A stretch of DNA of 64,000 bases from Hypanus sabinus (GCF_030144855.1 NC_082734.1:3100001-3164000); one strand, 5' to 3'. Counted from the first letter of the stretch, positions 1-11,600 are shown. The notes: a model not told the origin generated them from the letters alone. A program made the numbers and translations.

Positions 1-279
1 GGGCTGGCTCCCTCTCTTCCACGTAGAGCTCCCTCCCTCTGACTGTGGCTCTACCAATCATACTCTTTACCCCTCCCTCGCTCACATTCCCCAGCCCCTC
101 CCATCCTGCCACCCCCACTGTTCCCCCCCCCACTGATATCCACCCCCCCACTGTGGCACTCCCACCTTCCTCGTCATCCCTTTCCTTCAATACCTTTCCG
201 CAGCCACCTCCCTTCCCTCCCTTTTTACCACTCCCTCTCCCTTCTGTGGCTCTCCTCTACCTGAATCCCCTCTCTCCAG

Positions 280-433
280 GTGGGCATGTGGAGTCCTGAT
301 GTTCACCATCGTCTCCGGCTCCCCCCCCTTCTGGCACCGGAAACAGCTCACCATGATGCGCAACATAATGGAGGGCCGGTACCAGATAAACTCGAGCGAG
401 TGGCGAGACCGGTCCCATGCCATCAAGGATCTG
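280..433 (+). CDS. PHKG2: Phosphorylase kinase gamma (PHKG2-like) internal exon, kinase subdomains IX-X
   Basis: ccag|G...CTG|gtatgt; translates WACGVLMFTIVSGSPPFWHRKQLTMMRNIMEGRYQINSSEWRDRSHAIKDL, matching the PhK-gamma GSPPFWHR motif. Earlier exons lie upstream of the window. Symbol rests on PHKG2-CFAP119-RNF40 synteny. Confidence 0.88.
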
Positions 434-479
434 GTATGTATCAGGTAGTGTCTGATGGGACAGTGCAGTGGGTGCATCA

Positions 480-985
480 TCATGTCTGACTGCGGGTGTG
501 TCTGATGGGATATGTGGACGGAGCATCACTCTGTGTCTGACCCCGGGAGTGTGTGATGGGATGGTGTGGGAGATCCACTCTGTGTCTGACCCCGGGAGTG
601 TGTGATGGGACGGTGTGGAGGGAGTTTCACTCTGTGTCTGATGCTGGGAGTGTGTGATGGGACGGTGTGGAGGGAGCTTCACTCTGTGTCTGACCCCGGG
701 AGTGTGTGATGGGACGGTGTGGAGGGAGCTTCACTCTGTATCTGACCCCGGGAGTGTGTGATGGGACAGTGTGGAGGGAGCTTCACTCTGTGTCTGACCC
801 CGGGAGTGTGTGATGGGACGGTGGAGGGAGCTTCACTCTGTGTCTGACCCCGGGAGTGTGTGATGGACGGTGTGGAGGGAGCTTCACTCTGTGTCTGACC
901 CCGGGAGTGTGTGATGGACGGTGTGGAGGGAGTTCCACTCTGTGTCTGATGCCGGGAGTGTGTGATGGGACGGTGTGGAGGGAGC
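480..985 (+). repeat. 52-nt tandem repeat, about 9 copies (CACTCTGTGTCTGACCCCGGGAGTGTGTGATGGGACGGTGTGGAGGGAGCTT)
   Basis: Visible 52-nt periodicity filling a PHKG2 intron. Confidence 0.95.
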
Positions 986-1013
986 CTTATTTTATGCTTA
1001 CTGTGCTGGACAG

Positions 1014-1136
1014 ACCTTCCGGATGTTGACAGTGGATCCCAGCCTGCGGATCACAGCAGAACAAGCCCTATCCCATCCCTTCTTCTACAGCTATAAACTA
1101 GACGAGCGGCCTTTCACCTCCCTGCAGAAGTTCCGG
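1014..1136 (+). CDS. PHKG2: PHKG2-like exon, end of kinase domain
   Basis: cag|ACC...CGG|gtaggt; TFRMLTVDPSLRITAEQALSHPFF...FTSLQKFR, in phase with the neighbouring exons. Confidence 0.88.
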
Positions 1137-1624
1137 GTAGGTGAAGAACTGTTGCAAGCGGTCTACTTGGGTATTTGGGGTCAGGGTCTGGGGTCCTGAG
1201 GTCAACAGAAGGATTGGTTCAGGGATGATGAATGGTGGAGATGGGGCAGGGAAGAGGGGTGAGGAAGGATTGTTACTTGGGAGGGACGGGGGGGGGGTGG
1301 GGACAGAGGGTAATGAGAAGGGTCCCACATCAAACCCCACAGCTCAGGGACCCATCCTCAACTTCAAACCTGACAGAGAGATTCACTGTGGTCTCTGATC
1401 TGGGTCAGGGGGCTCGGAGACGAGGTGATGTTGCCCAGAACGTCAGCTGTTTCTTCACTCACTTCTCTCCCTCTCCTCTCTCCCCCCATCCACCTCTCCC
1501 CTTCCACCTTTTCCTTCCTGCATCCCACACACCCATCCATCCTCTCACCATACCATATCCCAAAACCACCTTCGCCCCACCCATCTCCTCCACCCACCTC
1601 TCCCCTTCCCCCCAACCCCCCCAG

Positions 1625-1889
1625 GCGGTGGTGTGGGCGATCGTGCTCTGCGCCCGGCTGTGGGAGAGCCAGCGACAACGCAGGCCTGAGCGCCAGAAGG
1701 AGCTTGTACAGGATGCCTACCAGGTGAGAGTGGGCCACCGCCTCATCGACGGCTGCGCCTTCCACCTCTATGGTCACTGGGTGAAGCGAGGCCTGGCTCA
1801 GAACCGGGCAACTCTCTTCCAGCACACACCCCGCGCCCTGGCTGAGGAGGTTCACCTCAGTCACGACTCCTCCCTGCAGTGGCCCCAGG
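1625..1889 (+). CDS. PHKG2: PHKG2-like exon, C-terminal calmodulin-binding regulatory region
   Basis: ccag|GCG; AVVWAIV...RLIDGCAFHLYGHWVKRGLAQNRATLFQH matches the PhK-gamma LIDxCAFxxYGHWVK motif. Probable donor CAGG|gtgagt at 1889/1890; unspliced, the frame runs to a stop at 1996. Confidence 0.85.
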
Positions 1890-1904
1890 GTGAGTCAGAT
1901 GGAA

Positions 1905-2355
1905 GTTCAAACTGTGTCTGTCCCCAAGGGGTGTGTGATGAGACAGCTTCACTGTGGAGAGAGATTCACTCCGTGTCTGACCCTGGCAGTGTGTGATGGG
2001 ACAGTGTGGAGAGAAATTCACTCTGTGTCTGACCCCGGGAGTGTCTGATGGGACGGTGTGGAAGGAGCTTCACTCTGTGTCTGACCCCGGGAGTGTGTGA
2101 TGAGACGGTGTGGAGAGAGATTCACTCTGTGTCTGACCCTGGGAGTGTGTGATGGGACGGTGTGGAGGGAGTTTCACTCTGTGTCTGACCCCAGGAGTGT
2201 GTGATGGGACGGTGTGGAGTGAGTTTCACTCTGTGTCTGACCCCGGGAGTGTGTGATGGGATGGTGAGGAGGGAGATTCACTCTGTGTCTGACTCAGGAG
2301 TGTGTGAAGGGATGGTGGAGGGGTGTGGGGCGGGAAGATTCACTCTGTTCCTGAC
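1905..2355 (+). repeat. Second array of the 52-nt repeat, about 8 copies
   Basis: Same unit, in the putative last PHKG2 intron. Confidence 0.93.
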
Positions 2356-2395
2356 CAGGAGTACATGAACTCCCTCTCACTCCCTCTCTCCCCAG

Positions 2396-2433
2396 CATCC
2401 CCCCCTCCCATACAGATCACTGACCACGATTGA
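2396..2433 (+). CDS. PHKG2: Putative extra terminal coding exon of the PHKG2-like gene (ASPPPIQITDHD*)
   Basis: Polypyrimidine tract and cccag at 2391-2395, phase-1 compatible with the 1889 donor; TGA at 2431-2433; AATAAA at 2874. Confidence 0.55.
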
Positions 2434-2873
2434 CTGCCCCAGTTGCTGGGCCTAGTTGGAATGTGTTCTCCTCCGAGAATCTACAGTCACAGATCAGCGT
2501 GGACGTGTGGAGGATGCTGGGTGGGGTGGGGATGTGGCAGGGTGGTTGGGCCGATACTGTGGCCAGACAGATGGATCGTCCCTCAGTCAGGGGTCTGTGC
2601 CTGGCAATAGTTGCTGGGTCAGGGGGATGGGAACATGAACCTGGGGAATGTGTACCTCCAACTTCCTATCACCTCACCTCCTCCCACAACTCCTCCCCTC
2701 TCCCTGAATTTCTTCCTCACCCTCTGCTCAATCCCCTCTCTACTCTCTCCCCTCTATTGCTCCCTGTCCCCCACCCCTCTCCTTGTGATCCTTATGGTGT
2801 CCCTCTTTATTTTCTCCACACCCTCATGTTCCCAATTTTCCCCCCACTTCACCAACTCGCATAATATTTCACA

Positions 2874-2886
2874 AATAAACTTTATT
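2874..2886. terminator. Back-to-back poly(A) signals: AATAAA (+) at 2874-2879 and AATAAA (-) at 2881-2886
   Basis: Sequence aataaac-tttatt between the convergent PHKG2-like and CFAP119 stop codons. Confidence 0.7.
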
Positions 2887-2939
2887 CTGGAAGCATTTGG
2901 TGTCTGTGATTTCTCTGGGTGGGAAGGAGAGGGTACATC

Positions 2940-3121
2940 CTACTTCTTGCCCCGGGAGGCTTTCTGCCTGAAGCCCGGCCTCTCCAAGGCTGAGAGTTGT
3001 GAGCCAAGCTGCCGCTCGCTCACCTTCAGCTGCCCCTCCAGCGAGACCCTCAACTCGGACACTCGCTCTGCTATTTGCGCCTCGATGTACTCCCGCAGGT
3101 CGTCTCCGCGGATGCCAGTTG
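2940..3121 (-). CDS. CFAP119: CFAP119/CCDC189 last coding exon
   Basis: Acceptor cag at 3124-3122; TGIRGDDLREYIEAQIAERVSELRVSLEGQLKVSERQLGSQLSALERPGFRQKASRGKK* (TAG 2942-2940), resembling the coiled-coil CFAP119 C-terminus. Confidence 0.85.
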
Positions 3122-3426
3122 CTGTCGGGTAGGGAGACGGGGTTGGAGGGGATAGAGATTGTAAGTCAGCCTGGTGAGGTCACTGGTCACAGTGGGGATG
3201 GGGAGAGGGGGCCTCGGAACAGAACGAGCTCAGGAATATGTGTATGGACATGTGGGGACTGCTGAATGGGGACGAGGGTGGGGGAGGAGGGTAGACAGGA
3301 TCTGTGGAGCGCATGGCCCAACACCTCTCTGCTTCCTACAGGAAGCCAGTGCCCAGCCCCGGCGTTAGTATCATGAGGATTTCTCCCTCAACCCCAGTGG
3401 TTCCCACTTGCAGCCTGGATCCTCAC

Positions 3427-3525
3427 CCTGTGGGTCTTCCTCTTTGGCATGAACTTCCAGCTCCTCCCGTTCCTTCTCCTCCTCCACCCGCTGCTCCTCC
3501 ACCACAGGTTCCTCCTCTTCAGCAG
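3427..3525 (-). CDS. CFAP119: CFAP119 Glu-rich exon
   Basis: gcag|CT...CAGG|gtgagg; AEEEEPVVEEQRVEEEKEREELEVHAKEEDPQ; phase 1-1. Confidence 0.8.
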
Positions 3526-3569
3526 CTGCGGCCCACGACAGGAAGCACAACTATGTTAGAGAGCGGGAT

Positions 3570-5400
3570 GACCCATCACACACTCCTGGGGTCAGACACA
3601 CAGTGAGGTTCCCCCCCACACTGTCACATCACACACTCCTGGCGTCAGACACACAGTGAGGTTCCCCTCACACACTCCTGGCGTCAGATGCACAGTGAGG
3701 TTCCCCCCACACACTCCTTTTTTTTTATTTATTACAAAATCCTTTATTACAAATTTCGGTGCTATACAATATATACAAAACAGTGGCAAACACAATTACT
3801 GCACTACAGATAGACAATAGACATTACACCAGAATGTTGCCATCCCTATCTACGATGGCATTTACACCCCGCGGAGCCCAACAGTCTCGAAATTCCTCCA
3901 AGGCCGTTGTGGACTGCGCGTGTTCCTTTTCAATAGTTACCCGGGCACGAACATACCCCCTAAACATTGCCAGGCAGTCTGCCTGGGGAGATCCTCCCGC
4001 CACCCATTTCCAAGACCCACGGATGGCGGATTTCGCCAGCCCCAGGAGCAAGTTGACTAGGACATCCTCATCCCTCCATGCCCCCTTCCTTACTGGATGA
4101 CCATATATAAACAGGGTGGGACTAAAATGCAGCCAGAAGGCGAGAAGCAGCCCACGCAAATATGCAAAAAGAGGCTGCAGCCTCACACACTCCATGTACA
4201 TGTGGTACACGGTCTCCTCCAGCCCACAGTTCCCCCCACACCGTCACGTCACACACTCCTGGCGTCAGACACACAGTGAGGTTCCCTCCACACCGTCACC
4301 TCACACACTCCTGGCGTCAGACACACAGTGAGGTTCCCCCCACACCGTCACATCACACACTCCTGGCGTCAGACACACAGTGAGGTTCACCTCACACACT
4401 CCTGGCGTCAGATGCACAGTGAGGTTCCCCCCACACACTCCTGGCGTCAGACACACAGTGAGGTTCCCTCCACACCGTCACCTCACACACTCCTGGCGTC
4501 AGACACACAGTGAGGTTCCCCCCACACCGTCACATCACACACTCCTGGCGTCAGACACACAGTGAGGTTCCCTCCACACCGTCACCTCACACACTCCTGG
4601 CGTCAGACACACAGTGAGGTTCCCCCCACACCGTCACATCACACACTCCTGGCGTCAGACACACAGTGAGGTTCCCTCCACACCGTCACCTCACACATTC
4701 CTGGCGTCAGACACACAGTGAGGTTCCCCCCACACCGTCACATCATACACTCCTGGTGTCAGACACACAGTGAGGTTCCCCTCACACACTCCTGGCGTCA
4801 GATGCACAGTGAGGTTCCCCCCACACACTCCTGGCGTCAGACACACAGTGAGGTTCCCTCCACACCGTCACCTCACACACTCCTGATGTCAGACACACAG
4901 TGAGGTTCCCCTCACACCGTCACATCACACACTCCTGATGTCAGACACACAGTGAGGTTCCCCCCACACCGTCACATCACCCACTCCTGATGTCAGACAC
5001 GCAGTGAGGTTCCCCTCACACCGTCACATCACACACTCCTGATGTCAGACACACAGTGAGGTTCCCCCCACACCGTCACATCACCCACTCCTGATGTCAG
5101 ACACGCAGTGAGGTTCCCCTCACACCGTCACATCACACACTCCTGGGGTCAGACACATAGTGAGGTTCCCCTCACACTGTCACATCACACACTCTTGGGT
5201 TCAGACTCAGAGCAAAGCTCCCCCCACACTATCTCATCACATCCAGGGGTCAAACACATGGTGAAGCTCCCCCCATACTGTCCCACTACACACTCCTGTG
5301 GTCAGACACAGAGTGAAGCTCCCCCCCACACCGTACTGTCACACATTCTTGTGGTCAGGCACAGAATGTAGTCCACTCCACACAGGCCTGTCACACAATC
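3570..5400 (-). repeat. Variant 52-nt repeat array in reverse orientation, with shorter deleted units, interrupted by a LINE fragment
   Basis: CACACTCCTGGCGTCAGACACACAGTGAGGTTCCCCCCACACCGTCACATCA is a reverse-complement variant of the PHKG2 intron unit. Confidence 0.93.
3718..4225 (-). mobile_element. 5'-truncated Tx1/L1-clade-like non-LTR retrotransposon 3' end with poly(A) tail
   Basis: Minus ORF ending ...VNLLLGLAKSAI...DCLAMFRGYVRARV...WAPRG...ILV*, then AATAAA (3748-3743) and an A-rich tail; clade call is from memory of Tx1 ORF2 C-termini. Confidence 0.7.
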
Positions 5401-5458
5401 TTGGCCAGTGACTTCCATCCATTTCCCTGGTCTGCGTTTCTTGAACATGGCTACTCAC

Positions 5459-5510
5459 CTGGAGGTGTGTCAGGCATTCCCAAGTATGTAAAGCTGAGGT
5501 CCATCCGAAT
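5459..5510 (-). CDS. CFAP119: CFAP119 exon
   Basis: cag|ATT...CCAG|gtgagt; IRMDLSFTYLGMPDTPP. Confidence 0.85.
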
Positions 5511-5584
5511 CTGATAGGGAAATGAAGAGGTCAGACACTGAGCCCTAATGTGGTCTCTCCATACTCCCATCACCTTCTCTACTA

Positions 5585-5941
<357 letters not shown>

Positions 5942-6417
5942 TTACCCTACTTCCCACCCGTGTCCCAGCAATGAGTGGGGTCAGCAGGTCGATGTCTGAT
6001 GAGGGGGTCAGTCGAGGGTAAAAGGAAATGTTATGTGCTGATGGTCTTCTTTCCATTTGCGAAAAATGAGTTTGGGAAACAGGGTCCTAAATACTCACTT
6101 TCAGCCCACCAGGATCGTCCACCGATCCCTTTGAGCCACTGGGGCCCCATTTTACTGCTGGGTTTTTAGGAATATTCACAATAATGTGTAACATGGAAAA
6201 GTAAATGATTTGGGACATTCTCTCCAAATGTTAGACCCACCAATCCTCCATCTTTCTAACCCCACCTCACCTCACCCACCCCTTACCTGTCGTCCACTTC
6301 CTCCTTTGACCACCCCTACCCCTGCTCCTCCTCCTCCGAAGCCCCACCTCCCCCTTGTCCATACTCTCCCTACTCCCTCCATGCTCCTTCCAAGACTAAG
6401 GAGTACGTCCCCCTCAC

Positions 6418-6488
6418 CCGCACAGCGTGGCAGAGGAGCAGCTCTTTGAAGTACTGGCAGCACTCGTCCACGTTCCCCAGAGGAGTTC
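6418..6488 (-). CDS. CFAP119: CFAP119 exon
   Basis: ccag|GA...CGG|gtgagg; TPLGNVDECCQYFKELLLCHAVR. Confidence 0.9.
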
Positions 6489-6849
6489 CTGGAAGGGGGA
6501 AAGAGGAGAAGGTGCTGGGTAAGAGGGACACGGATGCTCACAACCCCAGGCACACCACGATACCCTGCCCTGTAGCTGGCCCTGAAACATCCTTATCTGT
6601 AGCAACAGCTCACCCCTCCCTTGTCCTCCACCACAGCCTCTCTACCCCTGTAGCACTCACCCCCTACTCCCTCTGCAGGCTGGCCTGACACCTTTTCAGT
6701 TGCCCATAGTCTGTTCTCCTCTCGTCTGTGGTGTCAGCCCCACCCTGTGCACTCTCCCCCTTACCTAAGGGAGCTACCTAATACACCCTACCATGGTGTA
6801 GCTCATTTCCTGCATTCTCCCCATCAGTGGCACACCCCAGCCCTTGCCT

Positions 6850-6950
6850 ATAGCTGGCCCTGTATGTCCCTCTTGCCCTGTAGCTAGTCCTGTATGTCCC
6901 TCTTGCCCTGTAGCTGACCCTGTATGTCCCTCTTGCCCTGTACAGCTGGC
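6850..6950. repeat. 30-nt minisatellite, about 3 copies (TAGCTGGCCCTGTATGTCCCTCTTGCCCTG)
   Basis: Direct periodicity. Confidence 0.85.
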
Positions 6951-6970
6951 CCCGCACACCCTGTTCTTGC

Positions 6971-7140
6971 CTGTAGCAGCCCTGTGCAGCCTGCGGAGAA
7001 TGGAGAAGAAGGCCGAAGTCTGTTCCTTGCTGAAGCTGTGGGTCCGGCTGAACTGCACAGCGTAGGCGTACAGGTCGAGCAGAATGGAACCCCGGGGATC
7101 GCAGGTCTGCAGGGGTTCACACAGCAGCTGAGACAGGGCT
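6971..7140 (-). CDS. CFAP119: CFAP119 exon ending at a GC donor
   Basis: cag|A GCC...ACA G|gcaaga; ALSQLLCEPLQTCDPRGSILLDLYAYAVQFSRTHSFSKEQTSAFFSILRRLHRAAT. Confidence 0.85.
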
Positions 7141-7608
7141 CTGTAAAGGGGATCGAGGGGAGGGAGTGAAACGGGGAGGAAAACAGAGGGAGGAATAAAT
7201 GGGGTGTGAGAGAGAGAGAGAGACGAGGACAAGTTTGATAGCAACCTCTGACCTCCCCACCATCCTACCTCCAGAAATAAATAATCACTGGGTCCTACCT
7301 TCACACAGCTCACTGCCTTGTCCTCCCCTCCCCTTCTTCACTTCTCTCCTTTTCACTGGCTCCCTCTTTACCTCCCCCCCCATACCCACTCTTCCCCATC
7401 ACTTGCCCTTCCCTCTCCTCCTCCACCCCTCTTTTCCACTACCTCCCTCTTTCCATCTGACCCTTCCAACCCTCCCTTCCTCTCCATGCCTTTGCCCCCT
7501 CACACCTCTTTTCCATTCCTCCTCCCCCCTCTTTTGCACTCCTCCTCCTCCCTTTCCTTTGCACTCTCCTCTTTCCCGCTTGCCTTCACTCCTCCCTTCT
7601 CCACTCAC

Positions 7609-7674
7609 AGCTTCAGTTCTTCCATGCTGGCTGCCTGCTCGATGACGTCCATCCCACTGTAGGTCAGATCCTCC
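7609..7674 (-). CDS. CFAP119: CFAP119 exon
   Basis: ccag|G...CT|gtgagt; (W)EDLTYSGMDVIEQAASMEELK(L); phase 2-2. Confidence 0.82.
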
Positions 7675-7950
7675 CTGGGGTGAGGTGAAGATCATTGTCA
7701 GAGGTGATCAGCTGAGGGGATATCCTTTTGGGGAGGAGAAAATGGGGACGGACGAGGTCAGGACTGTCTCAGAGTGGACATACAAGGGGAGAAGGAAGCA
7801 GGTCAGACAAAGCCACAGTGGTCTCAGAGGGGAAGGGAAACTGACATGGAAAGGAAGGGAGAGGAACTGGGAATGGACAGGGCCAAGTTTACTTGAAATA
7901 TCGGAGACTGAGACGGGTGGTGGGCAGAGGCCAGTGAGGAGAGAGCTCAC

Positions 7951-7982
7951 CATATACAAATCCTGGCTTCCGGTAGTTGGGG
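7951..7982 (-). CDS. CFAP119: CFAP119 small exon
   Basis: ccag|CCC...TG|gtgagc; PQLPEARICI(W), resembling the ..PRICMW motif of CFAP119. Confidence 0.8.
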
Positions 7983-8953
7983 CTGGAAGGCAAAGAAAAA
8001 ACAATTTAAAAATTTTCATTTCAATATAACAACCTTCTCCCCACCCACAACCCCAACAACTCTCAGGATCTAGACGTCCTCACCTACACACACTGTGGGG
8101 CTAATTACCCTCCATGTACTTCATTGGGACATGGATGGGGGCCAGAATAGCCTGGGAGAAAATCTGGTCAGGCCACGTTGGATGTTGTGTGCAGTCCTGG
8201 GAGCCCCGATTGGAAGAAGGCTTTGCAGAGGGTGCAGAATGGTTTCACCACCAAGCTGTCTCCATTACAGAACTGAGGTTTGACAAACTTGGGTTGTTTT
8301 ATGTGGCATGGCAGAAGCCAAGGGGTTAGAGGTTTAGAAAGTTGACATGCTGAGACAGACAGTCAGTATCACTTCTCATGGGTAGAAATGTTTAATACCA
8401 GAGGAGACGTATTTCAGTTGAGAGTGGGAAAGTATAAAGGAGTTATGTGGGGTAAGTTGTTTTGTTTTAAAAAACACAGAACAGTGGGTGCCTAGAATGA
8501 GCTGCCAGAGGTAGTGGTGGAGAAGACAGATATGATAAAGGTGTATAAAAGGCTGTTATACACGAACAGACAAGGACCGTGTGCAGGAAGGAGAGATTTA
8601 ATTTAATCTGTTATGACGTTCATGTGCTCTTGTATGAATTTCTACATTAACGTGCCACCCACTGGCCACTCAGCAGTCCTGCAGTGTGACGTTTACATAG
8701 GAAATCCCTGTTGCATTGGTGGGACAGAAACAAGAGGCTTTCAACTCTCTTCCACCCCTCCCCTTGACCTCTAGGGCTCCTGTCCATTTTCCAACAGCAA
8801 AGCACAGAAAGCAGATTTAACTGGTCAGGAACGTGTATTACCTTATGTTCCTCCATTTCCATTTATTACAGGATGTATGTGTTGCATATAATGCATTACA
8901 TTGGTACATTAAGTGATGCATACAATGTGAATTGTGAGCAATATAATCTAATA

Positions 8954-10345
8954 CAGAGCCTATACGAAATAGTCACCCCCCTTGGAAGTTTTCATGTTTT
9001 ATTGTTTTACAACATTGAATTACAGTGGATTTAATTTAGTTTTTTTTGACACTTATCAACAGAAAGACTCTTTCCTGTCAAAGTGAAAACAGATCTCTAC
9101 AAAGTGATCTAAATTAATTACAAATATAAAACACAAATAATTGATTGCATAACTATTCACCCCCTTTTAATATGATACACCAAATCATTGCTGGTGCAGC
9201 CCATTGGTTTTAGAAGTCACATGATTAGCTAAATGGAGACTGCTTTTGGAGATCTGTGTGCAGTCAAGATGATCCAATAGATTGCAGTAAAAATACACCT
9301 GTATCTGGAAGGTCCAACTGCTGATGAGTCAGTATCCTGGCAAAAACTACAATATCAAGACAAAAGATCACTCCAAGCAACTCTGCAAAAAGGTTATTGA
9401 AAAGCACGAGTCAGGAAATGGATGCAAGAACATTTCCAAGTCACTGAATATTCTTTGGAGTACAGTTAAGTCAATCATCAAGAAATGGAAAGAATATGGC
9501 ACAGCTGTAAATCTGCCCAGAGCAGGCTGTCCTCAAAAACTGAGTGACCATCCAAGAAGGGGACTAATGAAGGAGGCCAGCAAGACACCTATGACAACTC
9601 TGGAGGAGTTACAAGCTTCAGTGTCTGAGATGGGAGAGACTGCACAAACAAAAACTGTTGCCCGGGTGCTTTGCCAGTCACAGGTTTATGGGAGAGTGGC
9701 AAAAAGAAAGCCACTGTCAACAAAAAATCTCATGAAATCTCAGCTAGAATTTGCCAGGTGGCATGTGGGAGACTCTGAATTCAGCTGGAAGAAATTTCTA
9801 TGGTCTGATGAAACCAAAATTGAGCTGTTTGGCCATCAGACTAAACGCTATGTTTGACTCAAACACAGCACATCATCAAAAACACACCATTCCTATTGTG
9901 GAGCATGGCAGTGGCTGCATCGTGCTGTGGGGGTGTTTCACTGCAGCAGGCCCTGGAGGGCTTGTGAAGGTAGAGGGTAAAATGAATGCAGCAAAATACA
10001 GGGAAATCCTGGAGGAAAACCTGATGCAGTCTGTAAGAGAACTGCGACTTGGGAGAAGATTTGTTTTCCAGCAAGACAATGACCCCAAGTACACAGGCTA
10101 CACAGGAATGGCTTAGAAACAACAAAGTTAATGTCCCGGAGTGGCCAAGTCAGAGTCCTGACCTCAATCCAATTGAGAATTTGTGATTGGACTTGAAAAG
10201 GGCTGTTCACTCATGATCCCCGTGCAAACTGGCAAAACTTGAGCAATTTTGTAAAGAAGAATGGGGGAAAATTGCAGTTCTGACGTGCAAAGCTGATAGA
10301 GACCTATCCAACCAGACTCACGGCTGTAATTGCTGCCAAAAGTGC
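8954..10345 (+). mobile_element. Tc1-family DNA transposon relic (disrupted transposase, right end lost)
   Basis: TA-CAG left end; HTH region, [29 protein letters not shown] and [13 protein letters not shown] motifs spread over frameshifts and stops. Confidence 0.92.
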
Positions 10346-11552
10346 ATTTTATCCTCTCTGCACATCGGGTTCTTTTGGGTTTCTTTGTTTTGTGGATGCC
10401 TATAAGGAGAGTAATCTGAAGGTTGTATGATGTATACATACTTTGATAATAAATGTACTTTTTTAACTGATTATGCTCTCTGTATAATACTACATTCTCT
10501 GGGTAATAGAGTTCAAAGTAAATTTCTTATCCAAGTACATATATACTGTATGTTACCTTGAGATTCATTTTCTTGTGGGCTTTTACAGGAAAAGAAATAC
10601 AATAGAATTTATTTTTTTAAAACTACATAAACGAAGATTAATAAACAACCATTGTGCAAATGAAGACAAACTGTGCCAATAGAACAATTACGACCGAGAA
10701 CATGAGCAGTAATTGAAAATGAGTCTGTAGGTCATAGAACCAGTTGAGAGGAGTGGTGAATGGAGTTTTTCATGGAGTCTGATGGTTGTAAGGGAATAAC
10801 TGTTCCTGAACCTGGTAGTGTGTGGGACCAAAAGACGGCAGTAATGAGAAGAGAGCATGGCCTCAATGGTGGTGGGGGAAGAGGAGGGAATAGTGTTGAT
10901 TTCTTGTTCTGTTAGTGTTGTGAAATACTAACTAGTATATACACACTAGTGAAATAGTGTTGATTTCTTCTGGCAATGCTCTGTGTAAGTGCGCTCAACA
11001 GTGGGGAGGGATTTGCCTGAGATGTACTGGACTGTATCAGCCACTTTCTATATTATTCTCCATCTATAATGTTGGAAACTATATGTGTAATATTAGCCAC
11101 AATATCTAAAACATTATGCTCCATGTATATCGAGCAAACACGAGGAAATCTGCAGATGCTAGAAATTCGAACAACACACACAAAATGCTGGTGGAACACA
11201 GCAGGCCAGGCAGCATCTATAGGGAGAAGCTATAGATCATTGCTCTGTATATCACGCTCCATGTACAATATAACGTTGCTCATTATGAGACACTAGTTTA
11301 TGTCTGCAGTCCACGTTTCGCTCTCTCTCTACCCGATTCTTACTAGATAGTACTACACTCAGGATGGTAATACACTCGAGTGTATTTACACACTCACAGT
11401 GCAGATGTATCTACACCTTACACTGACACACTCACAATGCAGGGTGTATCTGCACCTTACGTTTGCACTCTCACGGTGCTGAGTTTATCAACGCTGGGGG
11501 ATACTTCCACCTTCACATCTATTATCCTCGTACCAAACATCGATGCCCTCAC

Positions 11553-11600
11553 CTTCTCCAGCCGCTTGTGATCCATCTGCACGCCGGCACTCGCTTTCAT
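11553..11600 (-). CDS. CFAP119: Probable first coding exon of CFAP119 (MKASAGVQMDHKRLEK)
   Basis: ATG at 11600 or 11576, AAG|gtgagg phase-0 donor compatible with exon 7951-7982; lies just downstream of an X-box-like motif; assembled protein 270-278 aa. Confidence 0.6.

Noticed and set aside
1721-1730. Splice donor CAG|gtgaga inside the PHKG2 C-terminal exon
   Set aside because: Protein homology continues in frame past it, so it is at most a cryptic site.
480-5400. CRISPR-like regular repeats
   Set aside because: Units are contiguous with no unique spacers, there are no cas genes, and the context is vertebrate introns.
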